Assembly (NCBI RefSeq): GCF_006345805.1
Contig: NC_042999.1
Coordinates: 11,346,001-11,410,000 of the forward strand
Length of the DNA: 64,000 nt
Source of the DNA: Octopus sinensis
Taxonomy: Eukaryota
Direction of reading: 5' to 3'
The notes below the pieces were generated by a model that was given only the letters and a program-made list of their open reading frames with translations, ran no database searches and was not told the DNA's origin. Position numbers and translations under genes: made by a program. Below are positions 1 through 13,900 of the stretch, piece by piece; positions within the stretch are counted from its first letter, which is position 1, and every line of letters begins with the position of its first letter.

Positions 1-589
1 TTGTGATTTTGAGGAAGAATAAAAAAAAAGTGGTGAACTGTTCGACTCGTTTGCACGATTGGTGAAATGTTTAGTGGAATTTCTTCTGGCTTTTTATGTT
101 CATCATCGTCGTTTAATGTCTGCTTTCCATGCTGGCATGGGTTGGACGGTTTGACTGAGGACTGGTAAGCCAGGAGGCTGCACCAGGCTCCAATCTGATC
201 TGGCAAAGTTTCAACAGTTGGATGCCCTTCCTAATGCCAACCACTCCAGAATGAATTGGTGGAATCTGCAAAAAGATAGACAGTGGTGATGTGGTATCCA
301 GGTGGCAGCTCAGGTAAGAGGAGGAGTAGTAGTAGTTGTAGTAGTAGTAGTAGTAGTAATAGGTGGGATTTGTATGAGTAAATGGGGGAAGTGGGAGAGA
401 GGGAAGTAGGTAGGAAACACCTGTAAAGATTGGGAAGAGTTGAGGGGAAGTACTGTATGAGAGAGAGATGCTAGCAGTAAGGGAGTAGTTATGACAGTGG
501 GAGGAGAGAGATGATGTTTGGGTAGACTGAAGGAGCACAGCAGAGAGAGAGGGGGGGCAGGTGTAGAACATGAAGAGAGACAGTTTAGT

Positions 590-1145
590 GATCCAGGGAA
601 GCAGAATCCAATTAAGACAGCTATTTATGCATCCTGGCTTAGTTTGGTTTCATGCTCTTGTTTGATGGGGTTAGGGTCATTCTAAGTTAGACATCCCAGG
701 TGTGCCATCATGCATAAAGCTGACAGGTGGCACCTGTCAGCTTTCCATTGCCAGTGATCCCATGCCAGCCTCTCTGCATCTTCCAAGGTGACACTGAGCC
801 TCTGTAGATCTTCCCCAATCACATCCATCCATTTGGTGCAATGCCTGCAGCTGATGCATCAAGCGAGAGTAAAGCCCTGGTAGGATGATCCAGCAAGGGA
901 TGGACGACATGCAACAGATAGCCATGGGGCAGGAGGCTGTGCAGCTGATACATGCATGCACACAGTTCTTTGTTGGAAACATGATGGTACCATCCGATGT
1001 TCTCGATGGTTCCTCAGGGCTCTGCTATCAAAGCTGTCAATCCTTTTTGCCAGGGTCTTCAAGAGGGGCCATGTTCCTGTTCCATAGAGGAGGAGAATGG
1101 AAAGAACTGATGCATTGAGGATGCGGATCTTCATCATCCAGGGGA
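590..1145 (-). mobile_element. Degenerate RTE-clade LINE RT C-terminal fragment
   Basis: Translation KIRILNASVLSILLLYGTGTWPLLKTLAKRIDSF resembles the RTE motif K.R.....V.S.LLYG.E.W. Confidence 0.7.
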
Positions 1146-1402
1146 CACGTTAGCAGTCATACAAATGTTCAATTGCTATTTTACTTAAGATATTTAAGGA
1201 GATGCGTCTGCCTGATGGGACCTCATTATATTTAAAACAATATTTTATTATTCTTGAAAAACCTGTTTTTATTAATGGTGCAGAAACAGCTGTAATTTAC
1301 TAAATGAGTCATTTGTTTGTATAAAATAATGAAATTGAATTGAATTTATCATGTAATGATTAAATTATTTAATTATTCAATTTATTATTTTCGTTTCCAT
1401 TT

Positions 1403-1469
<67 letters not shown>

Positions 1470-1472
<3 letters not shown>

Positions 1473-3012
1473 GGTGAGAGCTGTACAAGCCATGTACAGG
1501 GACACTACCAGTAAGGTGAGAGTTGGCAATGAATACAGTTAAGAATTCAGTGTACAAGTAGGGGTTCACCAAGGATCAGTCCTCAGCCCCCTCCTGTTCA
1601 TCATAATCCTCCAGGCAATAACAGAGGAATTTAAGACAGGTTACCCCTGGGAGCTCTTCTATGCTGATGACCTTGTTCTTATAGCTGAATCACTACCAGA
1701 ACTAGAGAAGAAGTTCCAGGTATGGAAACAAGGTCTAGAATCAAAGGGACTTAGAGTTAACCTAGCAAAAACGAAAGTCATGGTAAGTAGGAAGACAGAC
1801 AAATCACAAATCCCTTCAGGTAGACAGTCCTGCTTGATTTGTAGAAAAGGTGTAGGTAGAAACTCCGTAAGATGTACCCAGTGTTAACTATGGACACATG
1901 AGAGGTGCAGCAATATCAGAGGAAGGTTAAAGGGGAAAATAGCTTTTGTATGTGGAAGATGCACAGGTACAATAAATGCTGAAAATGTGCAGAAAATAGA
2001 CTCCATCAACTGTTAGGGGGTGTAAGCTAGAGGTAGTAGATAGCTTTCGTTATCTTGGTGACCAAGTCTGTAGTGGATGCTCCGAGAGTGTTGCTGTGAG
2101 AATAAGATTAGGCTGGGCAAAGTTTAGAGAGCTCCTACCTCTGCTGGCAACAAAGGGCCTCTCTCTCAGAGTGAAAGGCAGATTGTATGATGCCTGTGTG
2201 CAAACAGCCATGCTACATGGCAGTGAAACATGGGCTATGACTGCTGAGGACATGCGTAGGCTTGAAAGAAATGAAGCTAGCATGCTTTGCTGGATGTGCA
2301 ATGTCAGTGTGCATGTACAACAGAATGTGAGTGTGTTGAGAGAAAAGTTGGGCATAAGAGAATCAGATGTGGTGTGCAAGAGAGATGACTGTATTGGTAT
2401 GGTCATGTGATGCGCATGGATGTGGACAATTGGGTGAAGAAGTGCCAATCTCTAACAGTGGAAAGAAGCTGTGGAAGAGAGAGAGACCCAGGAAGACATG
2501 GAATGAAGTGGTGAAGCATGATCTTCAACTGTTGGACCTCACAGAGACAATGACTAGTGATTAAGACCTTTGGCGATATGCCATGCTAGAGAAGACCCAT
2601 CAAGCCAAGTGAAATCGTAGTTGTTGCTGTTGTCAGTGTCACACAACTGGCAGCCATGTAAAAAGGGACCTTTTGAGTGCTGGCTCTCATGGAGGCAATG
2701 CAGCTGATGCCAATGTCATGGAACTAGCACCTGTGCCAGTGGTACAGAAGAAGCACCTTTCGAGTGCTGGGCCTCATGGAGGCAATGATAAATGACTGAG
2801 ACTTTTGGCAATATGTTGTGCTTGAGAAGGAAGATCCTTCAAGCCGAGTGGAACCATAGTCGTGGCAGATATTGGTGTCACACAACTGGCACCCATGCTG
2901 GTAGAAACCCTGCCAAATCAAACTGGAGTCTGGTGCAGCCCCTCAGCTTACCAGCTCTGGTCAAACCATCCAACCCATGCTAGCATGGACAATAGACACT
3001 AAATGATGATGA
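1470..3012 (+). mobile_element. 5'-truncated RTE-type LINE: RT domain with stops and frameshifts, PHD-like Cys cluster, 3' UTR and (GAT)n tail
   Basis: GVHQGSVLSPLLF, LFYADDLVL, FRYLG, MLHGSETW and RPRKTW motifs; ends taaatgatgatgat. Confidence 0.9.
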
Positions 3013-3092
3013 TATACACACACATCATTATATGTATGTGTGTATGCATGTGTGTGTGTGTGTATGCATGTGTGCGTGTGTGTGTGTGTGTG

Positions 3093-3126
<34 letters not shown>

Positions 3127-3509
3127 ATGTACACATACACATGCAAACACTACCAGAAATTATTTTCTCCTTTCAAACATTAAGTATTCAATTACTTCCT
3201 GTATCTCATTATATTCCAGCGTTCACTAATGACACGTATGGGCTACAAAATGGAGGATAATGAACATTACACTCTGATTAATTAAAATTATGTTAATCAA
3301 CAGCATTACTTATTGCTGAAGAGGATGATGTTGTTTTTCTTTCAGTTGCTCCACCCTTCTCAAACAACCTAATGATGTACACTAAATGAGTCGACCTCAA
3401 TTCACATGCAGTTAGGTGTGTCCTGTATTTAGCTCAGGCACTTACTAGTGTTTGATAGTCTATATTTATCACATTATAATACTTTCAATACTACAAATGT
3501 GAATTGGTG

Positions 3510-3800
3510 ACTGTCAACTTGTAGATGCTCATGACCATCACTGACAAATTATTCTAGATGACAAAGACAATGGCTGTCTGTAATGTTGTCCGTTTTGAAA
3601 TTTAAACTCAATCACAACTTGCACACACCTCGAAGATTCTTACCCACAAAACCAAGCAGTCCAGAAATGACCAACGTTAAGAACGTCTGGCTTCGCAATG
3701 AGATGGATGTCATTTCAGAATTGCCTTCTCTTTTTGTAAGATGTCTTAACAAAGCCGAGAGGACTCACACTGCCAACTGCTAGAAAGGCCATTGATGCTG
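3510..3800 (-). mobile_element. Dispersed repeat, probable LINE 3' remnant (homologous to 53590-53890)
   Basis: Shares catgaccatcactgacaaat and cttc(c)gcaatgagatgg with 53590-53890; similar translations (L.RHL..R). Confidence 0.5.
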
Positions 3801-4019
3801 CCCAGTTCATATTGTCTTTGACAGAATTTGCTTTTCATCCTGCTGGCCATCCAGTGGAAACCAGCCTCCTTACCAAGCAGGGGTGATGGGCTTCCTGGTT
3901 TAAGTCCTTGACATCCCAACTATGTGACAGGTCGTATGAACGTATACACAAACACAACTATATAGTCATGCATATATACATATATATATACACATATATA
4001 TAAACTTAGATAAACTTAG

Positions 4020-4582
4020 ATATGTTTCGACCAAAGATTGGTCCAGGCCATGTCTAACTTAATAGCACCACCTGATAGGATTATTCGAATCCTGTTTAAG
4101 TCAAGTTTTCTTTATGGTCCATTCAAGTAGTGAGTTTTTGTTGGGTGAGTTGTATCCAATTATGGGTGGCTTATCTGGTATTCCTTGAAGAAATCTATCC
4201 AGACTCCGTTTAAAGTTGATGGGATCCTTTTCCTCTTTGATCTCTTTCGGGACAATGTTAAATAGGGCAGGGCCTGTTGAGGAAAAGAAATTATGTTGCA
4301 GTGTATATGTATGCTGTGATCTTGAATTGGGCAGGGGATGTATGGCCTGTGGTTCCAGTCTTGGATGAACCTTCAGGTCGTTTGGGAAAAGTTGGCGGTA
4401 TATTCTCCACATCGTACAAATGATGTACCACTCACGGCGACGCTAGAGAGAGTAGAGTTTCAAGGCTTTAAGGCGATCCCAATAATCGAGAGCAGCCATG
4501 CCTTCAATTCGTTTAGTGAGTGCCCTCTGGGTGATTCAATCCTCAAGATGTTTTGTCTTGTATCGGGAGACCACAGTGGGCA
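4020..4582 (-). mobile_element. CR1-type LINE 3' fragment (RT C-terminus), truncated at the TA array
   Basis: [21 protein letters not shown]-like segment, GPALFNIVPKEIK..FKRSLDRFLQGIPDKP. Confidence 0.8.
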
Positions 4583-5375
4583 TACATACATATATATACA
4601 TATATATATACATACATATATAAACATATATATATATACATACATATATATGCATATACATATATATACATATATATACATATACATATATACATATATA
4701 TACATATATATATACATACATATATAAACATATATATATATACATACATATATATGCATATACATATATACATACATATATATGCATATACATATATACA
4801 TATATATACATATACATATATACATATATATATACATATACATATACTATATATACATATACATATATACATATATATAATATATAATATATATATACAT
4901 ATATACATATATATATATAATATATATATATACATATATATATACATATTATACATATACATATATACATATATATATATAATATATATATATATACATA
5001 TATATACATATATATATATACATACATATACATATATACATAATATACATATACATATATACATATAATATATATATATATACATATATATATATACATA
5101 TACATATATATATATACATATACATATATACATATACATATACATATATACTATACATATATATATATACATATACATATATATATATACATATACATAT
5201 ATATATATATACATATACATTATATATATACATATACATATATATATACATATATATATATACATATATATATATACATATACATATATATATACATATA
5301 TATATATATATACATATAATATATATACATATATATATATATATACATATATATAATACATATATATATATACAT

Positions 5376-5421
<46 letters not shown>

Positions 5422-5505
5422 ACATATATATATATACATATATATATATACATTATATATATATATATCATATATATATACATATATATATACATATATA
5501 TATAC

Positions 5506-5555
<50 letters not shown>

Positions 5556-5621
5556 TATATATATATATACATATATTATATATTATATATATATACATAT
5601 ATATATTACATATATATATAC

Positions 5622-5695
<74 letters not shown>

Positions 5696-5964
5696 TATAT
5701 TATATATACATATATATATACATATATAATACATATATATATAATATATATATAATATAATATATAATATATATATACATATATATATATACATAATATA
5801 TATATATATATACATATATATATACATATATATATACATATATATATATACAATATATATATATATACATATATATATACATATATATATACATATATAT
5901 ACATATATATATACATATATATATATACATATATATATATACATATATATATATACATATATAT

Positions 5965-5999
<35 letters not shown>

Positions 6000-6031
6000 T
6001 ATATATATATATTATATATATATATATATAC

Positions 6032-6111
<80 letters not shown>

Positions 6112-6126
6112 CATACATTATATACA

Positions 6127-6176
<50 letters not shown>

Positions 6177-6633
6177 ACATACATATATATACACATATAT
6201 ATATACATACATATATATACATATATATATACATACATATATATACATATATATATATACATATATATTACATATATATACATATATATATACATACATA
6301 TTATACATATATATATATACATATATATATACATATATATATACATACATATATATACATTATATATATACATATATATACATATATATATATACATATA
6401 TATACATATATATATATACATATATATATATACATATATATATACACATATATATATACACATATATATACATATATATATACATATATATATACATACA
6501 TATATATATATACATATATATATACATATATATATATACATAATATATACATATATATATACATATATATATACATATATATATACATATATATATACTA
6601 TATATATATACATATATATATACATATATATAC

Positions 6634-6668
<35 letters not shown>

Positions 6669-6678
6669 CATATATACA

Positions 6679-6723
<45 letters not shown>

Positions 6724-6753
6724 TATTACATATATATATACATATATATATAC

Positions 6754-6784
<31 letters not shown>

Positions 6785-6884
6785 CATATATATATACATA
6801 TATATATACTATATATACATATATATATTATATATATATACATATATAATATATATATATATATATATATACATATATATATAC

Positions 6885-6915
<31 letters not shown>

Positions 6916-7024
6916 CATATATATATACATATATATATCTATATATATATATATACATATATATATACATAGATATATATATATATATATATATATATTA
7001 CATATATATATACTATATATATAC

Positions 7025-7056
<32 letters not shown>

Positions 7057-7121
7057 CATATTATATATATATATATACATATATCTATATATATACATAT
7101 ATATATATACATATATATATA
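4583..7121. repeat. About 2.5-kb compound (TA)n/(TACA)n microsatellite array
   Basis: Almost exclusively TA, TACA and TATAAT units; produces the spurious Y/I/M/C ORFs. Confidence 0.98.
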
Positions 7122-8188
7122 CGTTACCTAGGTGACCAAGTCAGCAGCGGGGTGGGTGTGCTGAAAGTGTAACTGCTAGAGTAAGAATAGCTTGGGCAAA
7201 GTTCAGAGAGCTCTTACCTCTGTTGGTGACAAAAGGCCTCTTGCTCAGAGTAAAAGGCAGACTGTATGACACGTGTGTACGAACAGCCATGCTACATGGC
7301 AGTGAAACATGGGCCGTGACTGCTGAGGATATGCGTAAGCTCGCAAGAAATGAAGCCAGTATGCTCCGATGGATGTGTAATGTCAGTATTCATACTCGAC
7401 AGAGTGTAAGTACCTTGAGAGAAAAGCTGGACCTAAGAAGCATCAGTTGTGGTGTGCAAGAGAGACGTTTGCACACCACAACTGATGCTTCTTAGGTCTT
7501 ATGGACCTGTGGCGAGAATGGATGAAGATAGTTGTGTGAAAAAGTGCCACACCCTAGCAGTTGAGGGAACCTGTGGAAGAGGCAGACCCAGGAAAACCTG
7601 GGATGAGGTGGTGAAGCACGACCTTCGAACTTTAGGTCTCACTAAGGAAATGAATAGAGACCGAGACCTATGGAAGTATGCTGTGCATGAGAAGACCCGG
7701 CAGGACAAGTGAGACTACAACCCATGGCCTCTATCTGGGATGTAGCCAGCTCACTTATGCATACCTTCCCTTCTTGGGACACAAAACTCTACTTGTGAAG
7801 ACCTGTTGAGGCAAGTGAGAATCAGAATCGAAATCGATCAATGGAAATTGCAGCTGAGTTACCAGTGCCAGTGGTACGTAAGAGAACCATCCGAACGTGG
7901 CCGTTGCCAGCGCCGCCCTAACTGGCCTCGTACCGGTGGCACATAAAAAGCACCATCCGATCGTGGCCGTTTGCCAGACTCGTCTGGCACCTGTTCCAGT
8001 GGCACGTAAAAAGCACCCACTACACTCACGGAGTGGTTGGCGTTAGGAAGGGCATCCAGCTGTAGAAACATTGCCAGATCAAACTGGGCCTGGTGCAGCC
8101 TTCTGGCTTCCCAGATCCCCGGTCGGACCGTCCAACCCATGCTAGCATGGAGAACGGACGTTAAACGATGATGAGGATGATGATGATG

Positions 8189-8190
<2 letters not shown>
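7122..8190 (+). mobile_element. 5'-truncated RTE-type LINE with complete 3' end and (GAT)n tail, flanked by (TA)n
   Basis: RYLGDQV...MLHGSETWAV...GRPRKTWDEVVKHDLR, then 3' UTR ending gttaaacgatgatg. Confidence 0.9.
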
Positions 8191-8235
<45 letters not shown>

Positions 8236-8979
8236 TGCATATATGAAGGTGCATGGCCTGGTGGTTAGGGTGTTGCACTCATGATTGCTAGATCACAGGC
8301 TCAATTCCCAGACTGAACTTTACATTGTATTCTTCAGCACAACACTTCCTGTAAATTGGTCCCCCTCTGATGGACTGGCCTCTTGATCAGGGGGGAATGT
8401 TGGCCTGCATGCCTAGCCAGTGGAGTGGCATCATTTGAAAAGCTAACACAATGCAAAGCGCATTGTGACTAGCAATGTATAACAATGTTCAATAGTAGGG
8501 TGGTTGGTGTGATATAATTGGAGGCACATAGCTTAGTGGTCAGTGGGTTGCACTCATGATCTTAAGATTGTAGTTTAAATTCCTGGATGGGAGATTGTGG
8601 TGTTGAGGAGCAAAAAGAATCTGTCTTTCACATTACCTCAGTCTCCTCAGCTAGTAAAAATGAGCTATCCTGCAACGGACTAGCTTCCCATCCAGTGGAG
8701 GCGGGATATGTATACACCACAGAAACCAGGAAACTGGCCTTATGAGCCAGGAAGGCAGTTTCATCCTTGTGTGTGTGCGTGCATGCGTGCGTGCGTGTGT
8801 GTGTACTTCACTTCAGAAATGACATGACTACAGACATCTTGCAACTACAGCAAAATACACAGCAGCTTTTGCAGTCATTTCTTTTGACGATTCCACTTCA
8901 CCCAGCTTCACGGCACTCATACATTAAATATGCTATTTTTATCAAGAAACTTCTACCACAGAGCTGCTTCAACTGTATA

Positions 8980-9579
8980 TAGTGACCGAGACCTTCGGAA
9001 GTATGCTGTGCGCGAGAAGACCCGGCAAGACAAGTGAGACCATAACCAATGGCCTCTACCTGGGACGTAGCCAGTCCACTTATGCATACCTTTCCTCCTT
9101 GTGACACAAAACTCTGCTTGCGAACACCTGTTGAGGCAAGTGAAATTGATCAAAATCAATGGAAATTGTAGTTGTGATACCAGTACCGGTGGCACATAAA
9201 AGAACCATCCGAACATGGCCGTAGCCAGCACCGCCCCGACTGGCCTCCGTGCCAGTGGCACGTAAAAAGCACCAACCAATTGTGGCCGTTGCCTGGCACG
9301 TAAAAGGCACCAACCAATTGTGGCCGTTGCCTGGCACGTAAAAGGCACCAACCAATTGTGGCCGTTGCCAGCCTTGCCTGGCACCTGTGCCGGTGGCACG
9401 TAAAAAGCACCCACTACACTCATGGAGTGGTTGGCATTAAGGAAGGGCATCCAGCTGTAGAAACACTGCCAGATCAGACTGGAGCCTGGTGCAGCCTCCT
9501 GACTTCCCAGACCCCAGTCAAACCGTCCAACCCATGCTAGCATGGAAAGCGGACGTCAAACGATGATGATGATGATGAA
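8980..9579 (+). mobile_element. RTE 3'-end fragment with a 38-bp internal tandem triplication
   Basis: Colinear with 7660-8190; repeat units start at 9256, 9294 and 9332. Confidence 0.85.
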
Positions 9580-10579
9580 TGTATATACATTCTATACAGG
9601 TTCAGTCCCACTGTATTGCATCTTGGGCCGATTAATGCCTTGTGGATTTGGCAGACAGAAACAATAAGAAACTTATAGTGTGTGTGTGTGTGTGTTTCTA
9701 CTTCTCCTGACTATTATAAGCTGATCATAAATGAAGTCCCCACTGATACAGACAATATCATTTGACTCTTATCTTTGGACATGTTCTAGTCTTATTATGA
9801 CCTCATCACACACTTGCTGAAGCTCTGATAGCAGAATTACTAAATGTACATTTGTTACTGTAGGCAAATACAACAGGTTAAAGAACGAGTCAGAGACTCC
9901 ATCTGCATGAAAAAATAATAGCTAAATTAGTTTTAACATTTTTAATGCAAGAAGCATTAAAAAAGCAAGAAATATCATAAACCGTAACATTACGATGAAA
10001 TGCAGTTTAAATGGTAGAAATAAGAAAGTGCCAGAATAATTTCAGTAACTTTTATTTTTATCCCTGAAGTTCTGTGTTCAAATCCTGCCAAGATTTATTT
10101 CCTTTTCCACCATTCTGGGATTGATATAAAAACAAGTCAAACACATTGTTGATGTGATCATCATCATCATGTAACATCCGCTTCCCATGCTGGCATGGGT
10201 TGGACAATACCCTCTCCATCAAGTTGTAGCCTTGTCCCTATGTTTTTCTTTTCTTTCTATTATAGACACAAGGCCTGAGATTTGTAGGGAGGGAGCTGGT
10301 TGATTACATAAGCCAGGGCTCAACTCCTAATTATTCTATTGACCCTGAAAAGATGACTTCTGTGGGATCCGATCTCAGAATGGAAAGCTGGAAGAAATGC
10401 TGCTAAGCATTGCACCTGATAACAATGCTAACGATCCAGTTGTACTTACCTTGTTTCAGTCATTAGGCTGCGGCCATGCTGGGGCACCACCTTCAAAAAA
10501 TTTTAGTCAAAAGAATTGACCCCATCATTTATCGATTTTTGAGCCTGGTACTTAATCAATCAGCCAAACCACTAAGTTA

Positions 10580-10910
10580 CATCATCATCATCATCATCAT
10601 CATTTAACGTCCGCTTTCCATGCTAGCATGGGTTGGACGATTTTGACCGAGGACTGGCGAACCAGATGGCTGCACCAGGCTCCAGTCTTGATCTGGCAGA
10701 GTTTCTACAGCTGGATGCCCTTCCTAACACCAACCACTCTGAGAGTGTAGTGGGTGCTTTTACATGCCACCGACATGGGGGCCAGTCAAGCGGTACTGGC
10801 AATGACCTCGATTGAATCTTTTTACACATGCCAACGACACAGGTGCCAGTAAGGTGATGCTGGTAATGATTCCGCTCAAATGGTGCCTCTTACGTGCCAC
10901 CAGTACGGAA
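10580..10910 (-). mobile_element. RTE 3'-tail (SINE-like) copy
   Basis: (CAT)n followed by ttaacgtccgctttccatgctagcatgggttggac, the reverse complement of the RTE 3' end. Confidence 0.85.
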
Positions 10911-13900
10911 GCCAATGGATGTAAACACACAAACACCAGTTGCCAAGCTGTAGTAGGCAACTAAGACAGACACACGCACACATGATGGACTTCTTTCAGT
11001 TTCCACCTACCAAATCCACTCACATGGCTTTGGTCAGCCCGAGGCTATAGCAGAAGACACTTGCGCAAGGCACCATGCCGTGAGACCAAATCCAGAACCA
11101 CGTGGGTGGGAAGAAAACTTCTTACCACACAGACCACCAAGAAAATCAATATTGTGTGGGTGATGAAAGGTGATTAAAGTATTTGGAGCAGTAAAGTCTG
11201 TGTTCCCCCTTTTTTTTTATTCCTGGTTCAAATCTTGCCAACGTTGACTTTATCGTTGACCTCTTCCACCTCAATCTCACACAATTTGATAAGTTTCTGT
11301 CAAGTCCTGAGATCAACTCAATCAACAGACTCTCTATGTTTCCCCCCTGGCAAGTATATGGCTTTGTCCCTATTCAACACCACACAAGTTATTGACAAAA
11401 CTGGGAATAAAAATTCTGACTGAATGAGAGAGAGAGAGGGGGAGGGAGAGAGAGTGGTGGGGTCAAAAATTGTTTTTGTTATAGAAACATTCAGTAGGGA
11501 ATTTCACCGTTTCTGCCGCCTCCTCTGTTATCCATGGTGAAGAGGCAGGTGGGTGGTAACAATTTAAAGATAGCAATGCAAGCATGTGGAAAGAAGAAAC
11601 ACAACTTGTAAACTTTATGTCCCCACCCAACTGTAACAATTCTCTCTCTCGAAAATCTCTTTCATATTTCATAACAACGGACGTGAATAAAGAGACTCGT
11701 ATTGAATGGAGGTGAGTTGGGTGTGAAAAGAAAAGAACAGAAAAACTGCCGGATATTATAATGAAACCAAACACACAAATATGTACAGCGAAATACACAC
11801 ACACACTCACACACACATTGTGTTGTTCTGTCTGCCATGTATACAACTAGGCATACATGTGATCCCATACATACCTTCGAACACACATTCTCTCTCACCC
11901 CCACCCCCCCACCTACATGCACACAAATACTCTCATACACTGACTGTAATGTCTGTCTGTCTCTCTCTCTCTCTCTCTCCCACACAAATACCTAAGCTTA
12001 CATGCTGCACACTTATGCATATGGCAGTGCCCCAGCATGGCCACAGCTCGTGAGCTGAAACTAGATAAAATTAAAAAAATTTAAAAAATACATATTCACA
12101 CACACACATTCCTTTTGCCTCTCTCATACACACACAATGGCTGGCACACGCAGACACACACACACACATACAGAGTGTCTCTTGTTCTATATCTCCCTTC
12201 CCCACACACACATGCATATACATACCCTCACACTAGTGCACAAGCACACTCTCCTTAGCACACACACACACACACATCGTTAGACTGGAGACAATGGCAG
12301 AACAACTGGTTAAGCAGAGGCTAATAGACTTAATGAGCCAAAAAATTTGATGACACACTGCCCTCTGGGCAATTTTCTCTTCATTTATGCAATTTATATT
12401 ATCTCTTTGTATATATGGAGCTATGTTATCCAATAAACCCTTTACTAATTTCAGACAGTAAGATAGCATTTGAGGGAAGGGAAATTCAGCTGTTATTTCT
12501 AGCAGGCTGAGTGACCATGCAAAAGTTTTCTTGTTAAAGTAAACTTGGTTGTTATTGTTGTGTGTGAGACTCCATTTTTCAATTTGTCCTTTCTTAATTT
12601 AAGATAATAGAATATAATTTGAGGGAAATTTGACTGCTTTATCCAGCAGATTGAATGTTTGCACAGAGACTCCCTTTCGTTGGCTCAAACTTTGCTGTTG
12701 TTGTGTCCTCCCACATCAGTTGTAGTCAAACAAAACCCTGGTGAAACAGGTTCCAGCTATAACAACCCCTTTATTTAAGATAGTAGGATGTAATCTATGA
12801 GATTTAGCTGTTATTTTCAGCAAGTTGAGTGACCATGTTCATTCTCTCCTCCTCTCTATCTTACACTATTTCATATCTTCAGAGTCAATGGTTGAACTAA
12901 CAGGCAAGTCACTGCTTTCTTAAAATGCTCTTCTTTACAGAGGTTGTGAACTTTGGTTTACTTTTAGGAAGGCTGATAGAAGCGGAAGATTTTCCAGTTA
13001 CATATATATATTGATACCTATGAATTATTATTTTGATTGGAGAGAGAAAAATTATTTGCTTAACGATTAATTATGGTGAAGAAAGACAAAGACATCTCCA
13101 GAATCTTAATTAATAAAAATCAATCAAAACTAAATAGGGAAATGTAGATGGTAAGGATAATGACAATTCCAAGCATGTTTTGATGTAGTTTTTAGGTAAT
13201 TTCCAAGAAACATCAAGATCAGAGTTTCAAATTGGGGTCTACAGAATATATTTGTAGAGATCTGGAGTAACTTTTTAATAGAATTATTTGTTGTAAAAAA
13301 TTTCTCATGAAAAAATTATTACTTAGTAATACATTTTATTTGTTGAAGATCAAACTAAACTGTCATCACCTGTCATAGTCTGACATTTTAATTAGCATGC
13401 TCGCTAGGCTACCAATCAATAAATCGAGAAGTCAGCACCTGATATTGTTCCTGTGGCATCAACCCCAGTGAGATTGTTTCTAAAATGCAGTTCCCTCTCA
13501 CTTCTGCTCTATCCGTTGCCAGATTCTCTCTTCAAGCCAAACCTCAAAGAGCTCAGAACAGCATCCATAACAAAGTTGGTTGCAGACCACACCTACAAAT
13601 TACCAATAACACAAAACTGAAAAATACGTTTTTGAGTAAAAATGGTTTTAATTCCGAGTGTTTCACATCATCTGGTAGTGTCGAAGTTAAGACGAAAATA
13701 CATCACTGAATCTTCATTACAGTTGTAAATATAGGTTTGCTAAGTTAAGCCCATTGACCATTTATCTAAAAATCTAGTCATGCAGGAAACACAGTCTATT
13801 GTCACTGCAAACATCAACCACCCTGCAGCCCTTGTTGCTGCACGAAACACCTCCCCAAACACACAAACAGCAACTCAAAGCAATATTACTATAACAGCTT

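Noticed and set aside
4460-7098. Long ORFs up to 397 aa rich in Y/I/M/C
   Set aside because: Translations of the TA/TACA microsatellite, which has few stop codons; no coding complexity.
11590-11712. Plus-strand candidate exon MWKEETQLVNF...ETRIEWR ending in G|gtgagt
   Set aside because: Strong donor, but no recognisable homology and no convincing in-phase partner exon.
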